From: Azolla caroliniana
Taxonomy: Eukaryota > Plantae > Polypodiophyta
NCBI GenBank assembly: GCA_043228905.1
Contig: JBHGNT010000017.1
Coordinates: 7,998,001-8,062,000 of the forward strand
Direction of reading: 5' to 3'
Length of the DNA: 64,000 bases
This document shows, piece by piece, positions 23,933 through 36,200 of the stretch. Each line of letters opens with the position of its first letter. Within the stretch, counting starts at the first letter, position 1. Made by a program: the position numbers and the translations under genes. The notes beneath the pieces were generated by a model. That model had not been told where the DNA came from. It did not search any database and saw only the letters and a list, made by a program, of their open reading frames with translations.

Positions 23933-26900
23933 TGAACAGTCTCTGTTGTAACCACCTATTGGCAAAGATTGAGAGCACGAGGTCGTTGCCTCTGTGACTT
24001 ATTACTGTTGTACTCTTCTTACATAGTGATAGTTTGGAGTCTGTGGGCTCTCGTGGTTTTTCCCCATTTCGGGTTTTCCACGAAAACATAATGCGTACTT
24101 TCCCTCTCTCATATTGTTTGTGTGTATACGTGTACTTCTCCCTATTCCCATCTTTCTGTGGTTGATCCTAAGACTCAGTTGTGGCTGAGCAATATTCCGC
24201 ATATTCTCTTCAATCTAGTATCAGAGCAAAACGACACAAAAAAATGGAAGATTCGTTGGGAGGCATGTTCAAGCTCACCGGCTCCAACTACTCAATGTGG
24301 AAGTCGAAGATGAGGGACATGCTCGTGGTTAAAGATCTTTGGTTGTCGGTTCAGTTCGGGGACAAGAGACCAGACAAGATCAACGCCACAGTGTGGGAGG
24401 TGATGCACATGAAGACAACAGCATACATCCAGTGCTTCATCAACATGAGCCTGTACAACAACTTCAATGAAGAGAGCAAGGCTCATGAACTCTGGGAGAA
24501 GATCGACATCATGTTCCAAAACAAGAATGTCGTTAATCGGGTTTCGGTATTTCGGAAGCTAGTGAGGCTCCGGTACCAAGACGGCTCCAGTATGGCGGAG
24601 CAAATGAATGCCTTCCAGGGGCTAATACACCAGGCAACATCGTTGAAAGTACCTTTGGCCGATGAGGTACTAGCACCGCTCCTGCTCGTTTCCCTCCCAG
24701 ATAGCTGGGAGGCGTTAGTTGTCACTTTGGGGTACGCCGGGCCAGAAGGAAAACAGTTATCCCTAGCAAGAGTCAAGTCGAGCTTGCTAGATGAGGAGGC
24801 GCGTCGGAAAGACAAGGATACGAGCTCCGACTCCAAAGTGCTCCTTACCGAATCGGAACGCGGAAGACAAACGAACTGGAGTTCCCAGAACCGGGAAAAG
24901 TCGGGGACACGGTCAAAGTCAAGGGGAAGGCTCACTTGCCTCTACTGTGGGAAGCCGGGGCACTTCCAAAAGAACTGTCGGTATTTCCAGAAAGACAAGG
25001 AAACCGACAGCACCGATTCGAGGCGGTCACCCAAACGGAACGGTAAAGACCGGAGGGGACCGGAGGGGACCGGACTGGAAGGGAACGACGGCAATCACGG
25101 CAGGTGAAGAAGAGTTGATCCTCATCACCGAGTAGAGTGAGTTGAACCTTGCCGGCGACGAGACAACGTGGGTTGTCGATTCCGGAGCGTCGTTCCACCT
25201 GACCCCGGACCAGAAATGCTTCTCCTCCTACACAGCCGGTGAGCACAGTTGTGTCCAGATGGGGAATGAAGGTACATGCCGAATTCTCGACATAGGAGAC
25301 GTGTGGTTGACAACACCAACCAGATGCAAGTTGTTGCTGAAGGATGTTCGACACGTTTCGGAGGTTCCACTGAACCTAATATCAGTTGGTCGGCTAGACG
25401 ATGAAGGTTACGCGGGTAGCATCCGAAATGGAGTCATGAAGTTCAGCAAAGGAAGCCTAATAGTGGCTCAGGCCCGAAAAGTCAACACTTTGTACCTAAT
25501 GAATGCCCGGTTAAGCCGAGAAGAAGTGAACGTGGCATCCGACACTGCCGGTGAGCTGTGGCACAAGAGACTGTGTCACATGAGTGAGAAAGGGATGAGG
25601 AGGCTTGTCGATGACAATGTCATTCCGGTGAAGGACGTGCATCTTGAGAGATGCACCGACTGCCTGGACGGTAAGCAAAACCGGATCTCCTTCCGATCAA
25701 GGCCACCGATGAGATGGAATGCACCACTGGAGCTGGTGCATACCGATGTGTGTCAAGTGGACAGAAAGTCACATGCTGGATCACAGAACTTCGTGACATT
25801 CATAGACAACCACAGCTGAAAGTTGTGGGTCTCGCCGTTGAAGAAGGACCAGGTGTTATCTGTCTTCAAGAAGCTCCATGCGAGAGTGGAAAGAGAAACT
25901 GGCTGGAAGCTGAATGCGGTTCGAGCAGATAACGGAGGAGAATACCAGGGGCAATTCGAGGAGTATTGCCGCTCAAAGGGAATCTGGCTCGAATTTACCG
26001 TGCCGAAGACGCCGGAACTAAACGGGCAGGCCGAGAGGATGAACCGGACCAAGCCGAGAGGATGAAACGGGCAGGCCGAGAGGAGGAACTAATGGAGAGG
26101 GTCTAGAGTATGCTAGCACATGCTAAGCTACCCAAGACGTTTTGGGTTGAGGAGTTGTCAACAGCGACGTATGTGATAAACAGATAACCCTCAGTGCCCT
26201 TGGACAGAGACACACCGTAGAGAGTATGGACCTGTAAGGAAGTGTCTTACTAGCACCTGAAGGTATTCGGGTGTCTCGCTTACGTGCATGTGGCAAAGTA
26301 CCGGAGAGCAAAGTTGGATCCAAAGACCCGGCCTTGCATATTCCTCGGATACGGCGATGATAAGTTCGGCTACCGAGTGTGGAACCCTGTTGACAAGAAG
26401 GTGTTCCGGAGTCGAGATATTATCTTCATGGAGGACAAGACCCTTGCCGACTGGGAGTCGAAGAAGAAGATAATGAACTCTGAGTCGACCGGTAAGGATC
26501 GGATCGATGAGATTCGGACCTACCCGACTAAGAGCCGGTTGACACTCGAAGAACCGGTCGGTTACGGTGAGGATACTGAACCGGCAGAAGAAGGAGAGGA
26601 AGCTGAAACCGGAACCGGACAAGTCAAGATATGGATGTTTAAGAAGGCCCTGAACCGAACCTTCTTAATGAAAGACTTGGGTCCAGCAAGACAAATACTG
26701 GGGATGCATATCATCCGGGACCAGTCAACAAAGCAATTGTGGCTGTCACAAGAGAAGTACGTGACAAAGGTGCTTCAGCGGTTCAACATGTCATATGCGA
26801 AACCGGTCGGATCGACACTCCCTGCAAACTGCAAGTTATCCGATAAGCAAAGCCCAAAGACGAAGGCAGAGAAGGCGGATATGATGAAGATACCATATCC

Positions 26901-28195
26901 CTCTCTCATATTGTTTGTGTGTATACGTGTTCTTCTCCCTATTCCCATCTTTCTGTGGTTGATCCTAAGACTCGGTTGTGGCCGAGCAATATTCTGCATA
27001 TTCTCTTCACCATGAAGCACCTTCAGTGTGTGCACCGAATACTGAGGTATGTTAGTGGCACTAAGGACCGGGGGCTTTTATGCTGACATGGTATAACCGA
27101 AAAGCTAGTCGGATATACGGATGCCGACTGGGCCGGTGATGCGTCGGATCGTCAGTCCACTTCCAGTTACATGTTCTCTCTAGGTAGCGCAGTTGTTGCA
27201 TGGAGCAGCAAAAAGCAGCCAACAGTGGCTCTTTCAAGCACTGAGGCTAAGTATCGGGACGCTACCGTCGCCACCTGTGAAGCCATCTAGCTTTGACGGT
27301 TGTTGCAAGACCTCTTGATTGAAGTACCAACTCTTATCCCGATCTATTGTGACAACATTAGTAGCACGCAGCTAGCCAAGAACCCTGTGTTCCATGCTGG
27401 GACGAAGCACATAGAAGTGCATTATCATTTTGTGCGCAAGAGGGTCCCCAGCGGTAAAGTAGGACTCTGGTATGTCCGGACGAATCGGCAGGTTGCCGAC
27501 ATCTTCACGAAGGCCCTCGGAACCGACAAGTTGCAACATTTCTCGGCGATGCTTGGTCTTCAGCATCTCGACATGCCACACTTGAGGGGGGGAACCAGTA
27601 TTGGTACGGGGAGAACCGGAAAAAAAACCAGAAAAACACCCAAAGAGAAGGAAACAACCGAAGCAGGGGGAGACAAGAAGAAAAAGGAAGCCAAGTCGAC
27701 TGAAGAAGTTGGCACATCCGATAAAGTCAGAACAAGCGGCGATGACAGAAGAGTCAAGAAGGACAAAGCTGACTGGAGGAAGAAGGCCAAAACCTAGACA
27801 TGGTCTGACGTGGTGAAGGGCATGAAGGTTGAAGATGAATTGGAGACAGCCAATTCGGAGAAGAGCTAGAACAAATCGTGGGCACTCGATTTGGAAGAGG
27901 TGTTTGATTCAGAGGATCTGAATCAACTGAAGGCCAGCGCAAGTCGACATCGACACAGAGGAACCTCAGAGTCACAATAATGAAGGAGTTGAGATGGACC
28001 TTATGAGTAGACAAGCTTATCGAGAGGGTCGAGGTGCACGGGACCAAACAGGTCATGGAGAGCGAAACCGGACTGTTCAAGGAGCGCGAACAAGGCAAGA
28101 AGACGCTAGAAGAAGCCGACTACAAGGTTCGGCAGACACTAACTCAGCAATTCGACCTCAAGTTGAGCTTGAGGGGAAGTTTTGAGCGGACAAGA
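21592..28195 (+). mobile_element. Internally deleted Ty1/copia ('tailed' family) hosting a nested copia
   Basis: LTR 21592-21996 (TGTTGAGTGCACAAGCTC), degenerate PBS TGGTCTCAGA, RT 22600-23577 (LYVDDLV), RH 27015-27590, extension to the PPT at 28168-28179, and a stub of the 3' LTR. Confidence 0.8.
23578..27009 (+). mobile_element. Nested Ty1/copia element with perfect 5-bp TSD (CCATG) and two internal deletions
   Basis: CCATG at 23573-23577 and 27010-27014. 5' LTR 23578-24212, PBS at about 24216-24227, gag 24244-25107 (CLYCGKPGHFQKNC), PR (WVVDSGASFH) and IN. The 3' LTR remnant at about 26898-27009 is near-identical to 24101-24212. Confidence 0.92.
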
Positions 28196-28323
28196 GTAGG
28201 AGGGACAAATTCCTAACACTTTCTTCCCATCCAGAGGGACCTATTTTCTAACATTTTGTTATTAAGATTTGATGGTATTCGTTGTGTGATCACCTAGTGG
28301 GTATTGGATACACCTCCATAATT

Positions 28324-28660
28324 CACAAAGGTGATATAGAACACACATTCAAGAATTTTTCCAACAACCGCTAAATACAATGAAACGTTCCAAGTGATTG
28401 CTCCAACTTTAGGATGTAGGAACTTTTACATACTCTTCACAAGCGTGATATAGAACATACATCCAAGAATTCTTCCAACAACCGCTAAATACAATGAAAC
28501 GTTCCAAGTGATTGCTCCAACTTTCGGATGCAAGAATTTTTACATACTCTTCACAAGGGTGATATAGAACACATCCAAGAATTCTTCCAACAACCACTAA
28601 ATACAATGAAACATTCCCAGTGATTGCTCCAACTTTAGGATGCAAGAACTTTCACATACC
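28324..28660. repeat. Tandem repeat, about 120-bp unit x3
   Basis: GTGATATAGAAC..CAAGAATT..CCAACAACCGCTAAATACAATGAAACGTTCCAAGTGATTGCTCCAACTTT occurs three times. Confidence 0.9.
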
Positions 28661-30257
28661 CTAATATTCTATATGCAATAGAATTTAAGTAACAACAATA
28701 GGGTTGTGTGAAAGTGAGGCTTACATTCTAACACAAGGTAACTCACATTTGGAACCATACATAAGCCACCTACAATCACTTTATCCCCCCTCTGAATTTG
28801 TTCTTGCATTATGAAATTTTTTCGTAATTTCATGGAGTTCTCTTATGTTTTCCTTATATCTACCTATTGTGACTTATATCTACCTATTAATCAGGCATCA
28901 ATGACTATTTTTCTCATCTCTAACTTGTCCAAGTTGATTTTGAATCTAAAAAAAATGATGATGATATGCATCGATTAGTAACACCTGCTTTGCCCACAAG
29001 AGGACTTCATTGGGTGAGTTTTAAGGGGATTGATTATTTTGTTTGTTCACAATTATTCGATCAATCAATCCCCTTAAAAGGAATGTAAGGCAATATGTGT
29101 TTCTCCTAACGAACAATGAATGAAAAGATACCACCTACAATACATTTAGCTCCCTTTGAGTTGGTTCTAGCACAAGAAAATGTTTTCATAATGTCAATAT
29201 TGCGGAGTTCTCTAAGGTTTCCCTCATGAATATTGTGACTTATATCTACGTATTCTCATATCTAACTTGCCAAGGTTTCTTTTTGCATCTAAAAAATTTG
29301 ATGATGATAACTGTGAACAAGACATGTAAGGCAATATGCATTTCTCCTAACAAACAATGAATGGAAAGGTACCTTCTTCACATATCTATACTAACTATAG
29401 TCGAGTTACCTACTATATTACATATGCCTAAGCACTTGATTTATTTCTCTATTTAGTTAGTGATTTTTTCACTATGCATCCATATATTCTTTTAAATCAA
29501 AATCATTATGTGGAGGGGCAAATTGTACTCCACTAATCAATTAATCGATGTAATTGACATGCTGTGTCTTCTCAATGATATTTATTGCTTCTAATCATAT
29601 ATGCATACTAATTAAAATACATAATCGATAATAATAATAAATAAAGAAGTCATCAAGTAAAAATGCAATTGGTTATGTCTGTCAAACATGCATGTGTTTG
29701 GTAACTGTAAAAGTGAAGTCTTATTTGAAGGTTGATAAAAGCTCTCACAAGTTATTATTACTGTTTTATTTGGCTTATTATTGTTTTCAATATTGTAAGA
29801 GTCTTGCTTTTAGTTACTAGCATCAATGCCCCATGTTGTCAGGCACACTCTAGTAGGACCTAATGGAAATGTTGAAATGATTATGGTGTGAGGAACACAC
29901 AATCATTGTTATATACAAGTGAAAAAATGAGGTGAAACAAAAAGTAATGATAAACCATCTCTTTTTAACATGGCCAAAATTGCCTAGGTTGAGGATATCT
30001 TTCCTTGAAACTATTAGGTGTGAAACTGTCCAAACCTTTGAGGGCCATTGCCTATATGGTGGACCAAAAAGGGTATTGGCATTGAAAAGTAGCATTCGGT
30101 CAAAGATCATTTATGCAATGGAAAAATGAGAATTAATTAGCACGGCCATTTGGATTCAGCTCATATCCTTTGCTGAAAAACTTCTCCTTGTAGGGTATGA
30201 TCATTATCGAGCTCTTTTGATTTGCTACTTTTTCTCAGGTGTTGATCCCAGAAAGCT

Positions 30258-33200
30258 CTAATGATAAGGTGTAATGCCATTAGCCTAATAGTGGAAACAA
30301 GTGTTCCATCATCCTTCTTGAAGAAGGCAAATAAGGCAAAATGATCATCTTTATTTTAAAACCTCAACTTGAGCATGCGTATACCTGATATACTGATGTA
30401 ATTATATTCGGATCAATGTAGTCACTAATGGGAAGTTTGGAAGTGTCCATTTGCTGGATTGTTTGATATGCCTGCAATTCGCAGGAAACATGTTTGTAAC
30501 TAACATAAATTTGTCGCACCATCACTTTACTGTAGTTCTATACACAGGACACTCACAAGACTGAAATTGCCTTCTTTGTAATAGAACTCAATAAGCAATG
30601 CATAAAGATCCCCAACACGAAGAGCTGCCTCCTGTGCATCAAGCAAACAAGAAGAAAACAGAATATCCATCAATGTAAGGCAAATAAATCTGTTATGAAA
30701 GGATTGTAGTTCACCTGCTGATCTTTTCTTTGGGAGCTTAAGTCTGTGAGAAGCTGAGTGCATGCAGATATCATTCCATTTGGATCAATCTTCACCATTC
30801 GACGTGCCTGAAATATTTTCATATAATCACAAATATGTGGTATAAACTTTTGGGACATGGTTTTCATCATTTTCAAATAATTTACCATATCTTGAGGATA
30901 TGCAATCATTATCCTAAGAATAGTAGCTAATTATCTATAAATCGTTAAGAATAGTTGTAATTAACTACTGCACCAAATCTGGCTATACAGTGCCAAAATT
31001 AAAATTTGACATAAACTTTATCATATCAAACTATTTGAATTTTGGAGTATATATACCATATTTAAATGATGCTCCAAGAAAGTATTTTCACCTCAACAAA
31101 GCGCTCAACTTCTTCTATCCTCTTTTTCAAGGAATACATTTTTCCATCCCTCCGTGGACTCTGCACTTTTGACAGAAATTTCCGTGCTTCTTTCATGGCA
31201 GCTAGAGCCTAAATTTGACGAAAAGAAAATAGATTGGGTAAATAACAAAAATACAAATGAAGATTATTTCATGCAAAGCTATTTGAATGATGCAAAAATA
31301 ACATCAAATCCAAACAATTATGGAGGTAAAGAGTAAGACCTTCTCATAATCTCGAAAGCCATCTATCTCAATTTGCGCACAAGCTTCATAAAAGGAAGCT
31401 AGCAGTTCCATTTCAGCCGCCTTTGTATACATCTTTAAGGAAAAAATAGAACTGTCATTTTCTGAAGGAAATAAATGTGATTAATAGCATGAAAAACACA
31501 TACTTGGACAATTTTCTTCATGATGTTTGCATCGTTATGCCAGTTAAGTGTTTGCAAGTAGCTGGCAGCAAGGACATAAAGTTGCTTCTGCCTGAAAAAA
31601 TCCGAATATAGCAAATGTTGACGGTCAGAAAGATCACCATAAGTGCCTCTCATATTTGAATAAAGATAACGATTCATAAATTACCTCGACACATTTGCAT
31701 ACATAAGGATCTTATCAGTATCCCCTGATTTCATCAACACCTGGAGAAACTTCATTGTTAGTTTGAATTAAAACCATCACAAACTTCTGTACGATATTAC
31801 AGTTAGAAGTCACTATAACAGTGTAATGATTAGAAAATATTCTTTGCCTATTAGGTTAATTTAGGAACTTTATTTTTATTCCAAATTGTGCATGCCAGTA
31901 TTCCAGTTCATATATGCTCACAGACTTTATTATATTATTTTCAAAAGTTCAAACATCAGATTCATAAATTATTTTATAGCTTCATTTATTTCCATGAAAA
32001 AGACATACTCACTTTCATAGCTTTCACTTTATCCCCAGCTTGTGTGTACGTTTTACATGCGAGATGGAATGATCCCTGTGCTTCACAAAATTGAGCAAGT
32101 GCTGTCAATAAATGTTTTGAATCTTCCAAGTTCTCTTCAGATATTTGCTTCGAAAAGAGCTCCATCATCTTATCTGTAATTTGGACACTCTCACTGATGC
32201 ACTATATCAAAGAAGTGTAGAAAATATGATTAGGTGAATGTATTAAGGAGTGATTTCAAGAATATATTTGTGTTTATAACTCAATGCTCAAGAGGTATAT
32301 ACATCAGATAAAAACCATATAGTAGATATTTGACACCAGAAAAGAAATAGTTGATAGGTATATCAGTCACATTGCCTTTTTGGTTTATACATTTCTAGAT
32401 TTAATGCTCAAGAGATAAGTCCTTCTGGTTACCTAAATTCAAGTTCAGAATCTGCACCCTCATGGAGAGTGCACACTATGTACAGCAAAGAAAAGCTGAA
32501 GAAATCTACTCATTTGATAAGGGGCCAAAGTATAACCTGTTATCAGATTAAATCTCTTCCAGTTTTCTTGCTTCTGTTCTCACCTGGAGCTCATGGCCCC
32601 TCCATATCTATAGTGTGCACTCCATCTGTTGAAATTGCATCCTATGATTGAACATTGTATATCAGCCAAATTCTTCTATGATTATACACTGTAATAGCAT
32701 CAATTAGGAAGAGTCCAATAAGGGTTGGAATAAGTGTGTGACAGAGATACCTTTCAGTCTAAGTAGGTTGTGAGGATGTGTAAAGATGTATAGAGGACAA
32801 GATCTCATTGCTTGGGAGCCAGCGGTGATAATAAAGATTGTATGTATACATAGTGATGCGTAACCACTCCATCTCCAATAGGGTTTGTAAAGATGAAAGT
32901 TCATATTATGAACCTATCAGACACTTCAATTCACTTCTTCCCCTTTTTCATTTTAATCCAGTTGAATTCATTTAGCTACTTTTTGGAAATCAGGTGTTGT
33001 GATTATTACAATGTGATCTCTTTCCTTGTAAAATGACACTGTTGTCTGGTAAGAGGAAATGCTATGAAATATGTCTTGAATCTTTGAGGTTTCACTTTAT
33101 TATGAACAACTTATTTCAATTGTCTTATTTTGGCCGGACCTGTTTAGTGATAAGCATTAAATGATTGTCTCTCTTAAAAAGTTGCATTGTCGAAGCAACA

Positions 33201-36200
33201 AGTTGCAGTATAGCTATAGAGAACTAGGGGCTTACCAAATCAAATGCTCGTCGGTGTTGACCCGCTGCAATGAGAAGAAGAATAGCCTTTTCAAATTGTT
33301 TGTGTAACAATAAGCAGTCTGCACACCTGCAGATGGAAGCCATTCTAGTATTTGTCATAAATGTTAATCAACATTTCCTATTCAATGGAATCTGTAACTT
33401 ATTTAAGAGAGTAAATGATGCTACTTCACCTCTAAATGCTTACCATGAACTATAAAACATCACATTGTTATATTCTTTATGATATATAATTATTCCATTT
33501 CTTTTCCTTCTCTCTTCTTTATAGCTAGCAATATTTATGGATTAGATTACCATTATAACTCCACTTTCATGTCTCATACATAGATTACTATTAATAAATC
33601 TAAGAAGAGACATCCCAATCAAGGAATATTGATCTCAGCTGAGTTCTGATGGTCAAAAGGATGTGTAAAGGACTTCCAAGTAGGTCACCTACTTTCTTAT
33701 CGAGACATTGTACGTGGCAGTCCATTCTGCAGAAGCTAAATAAAGGAATCACTATTCACAGATTGTATTCAGGGATTTCATTTAATAGGTATTATAGGCT
33801 GCCATATTGCATCCACTCATGGCTTGTACGTTCAAAAAACTCTCCATGTATTATAGATTACCATTTTATATCCATCCATTATTTGTACATTTAAAAGACT
33901 TGGCATGGGTATATTGATTGTACTACTATATTTCTCCCACCAATGACTTTTACATTTAAAAGATTCATCATGAGCAAGAAAAGAACATCTGATCTTACCG
34001 TGCAAGTAATGATGGATCAGTCTCTTCATTAAGGTTTTCTGCAATAGCTCTTAATGCACCAAACAATTTACAGTGAACACAAACATCAATTGCTTTCTCC
34101 AGATCACCACCCTAAATGGAATTGTTTTGTATCCATTGCTCTATTCAGAATTCATTTTCAGATATCTCAAGAACAAATATAAAAGAATTGAACTTGCTTT
34201 GACCTTTTGATACAGTAAAACAGCCTCCTCAAACAATTCTTTATCTTCAAAATATTTTGCTGATATGAGCATTGTTTTCTTTGTTCCCTGTCATCAGCTA
34301 TGTATAATGAGACTAAATTTCAAAAAGAGGGTTCACCAATGTAAAGCACATATAGCAATATTATGATAAATCCCTTATTAAACTGCCTCACACACAATCT
34401 ACCTCCCATGGTATCTCAGGAAGTTTTACTGATTTATTTATCTTTATATTTTGGTTTGTTCTCTCAAGATGAGACAATTTTCAAAGGCAATCTCTTGTTC
34501 TCACTGGCTTTTTTGGCTTACAAAGAGACGTTATATATCTTTCTTTATGTGTCTTCATTTGTGTTTTTGTAGTTTCCATTGTGTATTGATTCTCCAATAG
34601 CTCTTTTACTGCCCTTGACATATGTATTCTCTTGATTCAATCGCCCATAAGCTAAAATACATCTCCAATGAGTGTAATCCAAAGTGTCCACAGTTTAGAA
34701 AAACGGGAGGGATCTGACAGTTCCAATGAGTGTAATTCTCTCAAGATGAGACAATTTTCAAAAGCAATCTCTTGTTCTCACTGGCTTTTCTGGCTTACAA
34801 AGAGACGTTATATATCTTTCTTTATGTGTCTTCATTTGTGTTTTTGTAGTTTCCATTGTGTATTGATTCTCCAATAGCTCTTTTACTGCCCTTGACATAT
34901 GTATTCTCTTGATTCAATCGCCCATAAGCTAAAATACATCTCCGATGAGTGTAATCCAAAGTGTCCACAGTTTAGAAAAACGGGAGGGATCTGACAGTAT
35001 GCCTTTGAGATGGCATATACGGGCTTGACAATGTCAATGACAATTGCGCTTGTAACCCAAACCTTGTAGATAATTTGTATCTATCGTGCTGACTCATTGG
35101 TTTCTAAAAGTTCTGCATCTAAGGGCTGAATGTCCATGACATGGCTCCAATATCATCAGTGCCCGTTATGCATATAATACAGTATCAGCTAACTAGCTCA
35201 CAAAAGTCTCTATCTATCATCTGTTCAATCAGCACTTAAGTTCTGACTTAAGTTCTACCATGAGAGCACGTCGGTAGATGCCTTGAGTGTCATTTGTTAT
35301 CTATTTTTAATGTAGCCGACTCATTGGTTTCTGAAAGTTCTGCATCTTATGGGCTGAATGTCCATGACATGGCTCCATTATCATCAGTGCCCATTATGCA
35401 AATAATACAGTATCAGCTAACTAGCTTGCACAAGTCTCTGTCTATCATCTGTTCCAATCACCACTTAAGTTCTACCTTGAGAGCGCATCGGTGGATACTA
35501 GAAGTGATCACTGATTGAACTACTATTTGGTATAACTGAATTATCTTCCTAGTTCTTTCTACTCGAACCTATAATTCATCATTACCTGATGCACCCTCTT
35601 TTCTTATACACTCACCTCTTGCATGACATGATCTGTAAATCTTCTTGATTCCAAGACACTATCCTTAGTATATTCACAAGAGAAGCTACAGTCAGCGGTG
35701 CTTTTTGTCCAAGTTTGCAACACTCATTCCTCTCTACCTCATAAAAAGCAATTTATAACACTTACTTGGTAGTAAAAAATAGATGACTCGTTTTTCAGCT
35801 GAAAACTGAATAAATAAACACAAACAACAAGCATTTACTATATTCTACCTGAAGTGCTAGAGACAGCTGCTCCTTGTCAATTCCATGTTTCATAGCAAGA
35901 TGGGCTGCAGAATCACTCTTTCCAGCCTTGGCAAATAGCTTCATAGCTCGTTGAATGTTTCCTAGTTTTTCATACTTAAAAATCCAACTTCAAAGCTTAT
36001 GTTTATGCTTATTTTGATAGAAATTCATTTCCTGTTTCCTGTATTACTAGAGGTACCTGTTGCCCAAGCTGAAAAGTGGCAGCTGGGTCAGAAGTTTCTG
36101 CCACAATGCTCTCTGCTGTACCCATATCACCAAGGAAGACATAGAGCCTTACCACAGATGAGGCATCACCAGCCTGATTAGTAATAACAGCATGATAGGA

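Noticed and set aside
28324-28660. Possible CRISPR-like array
   Set aside because: The whole unit is repeated with no unique spacers, and the context is eukaryotic with no cas genes.
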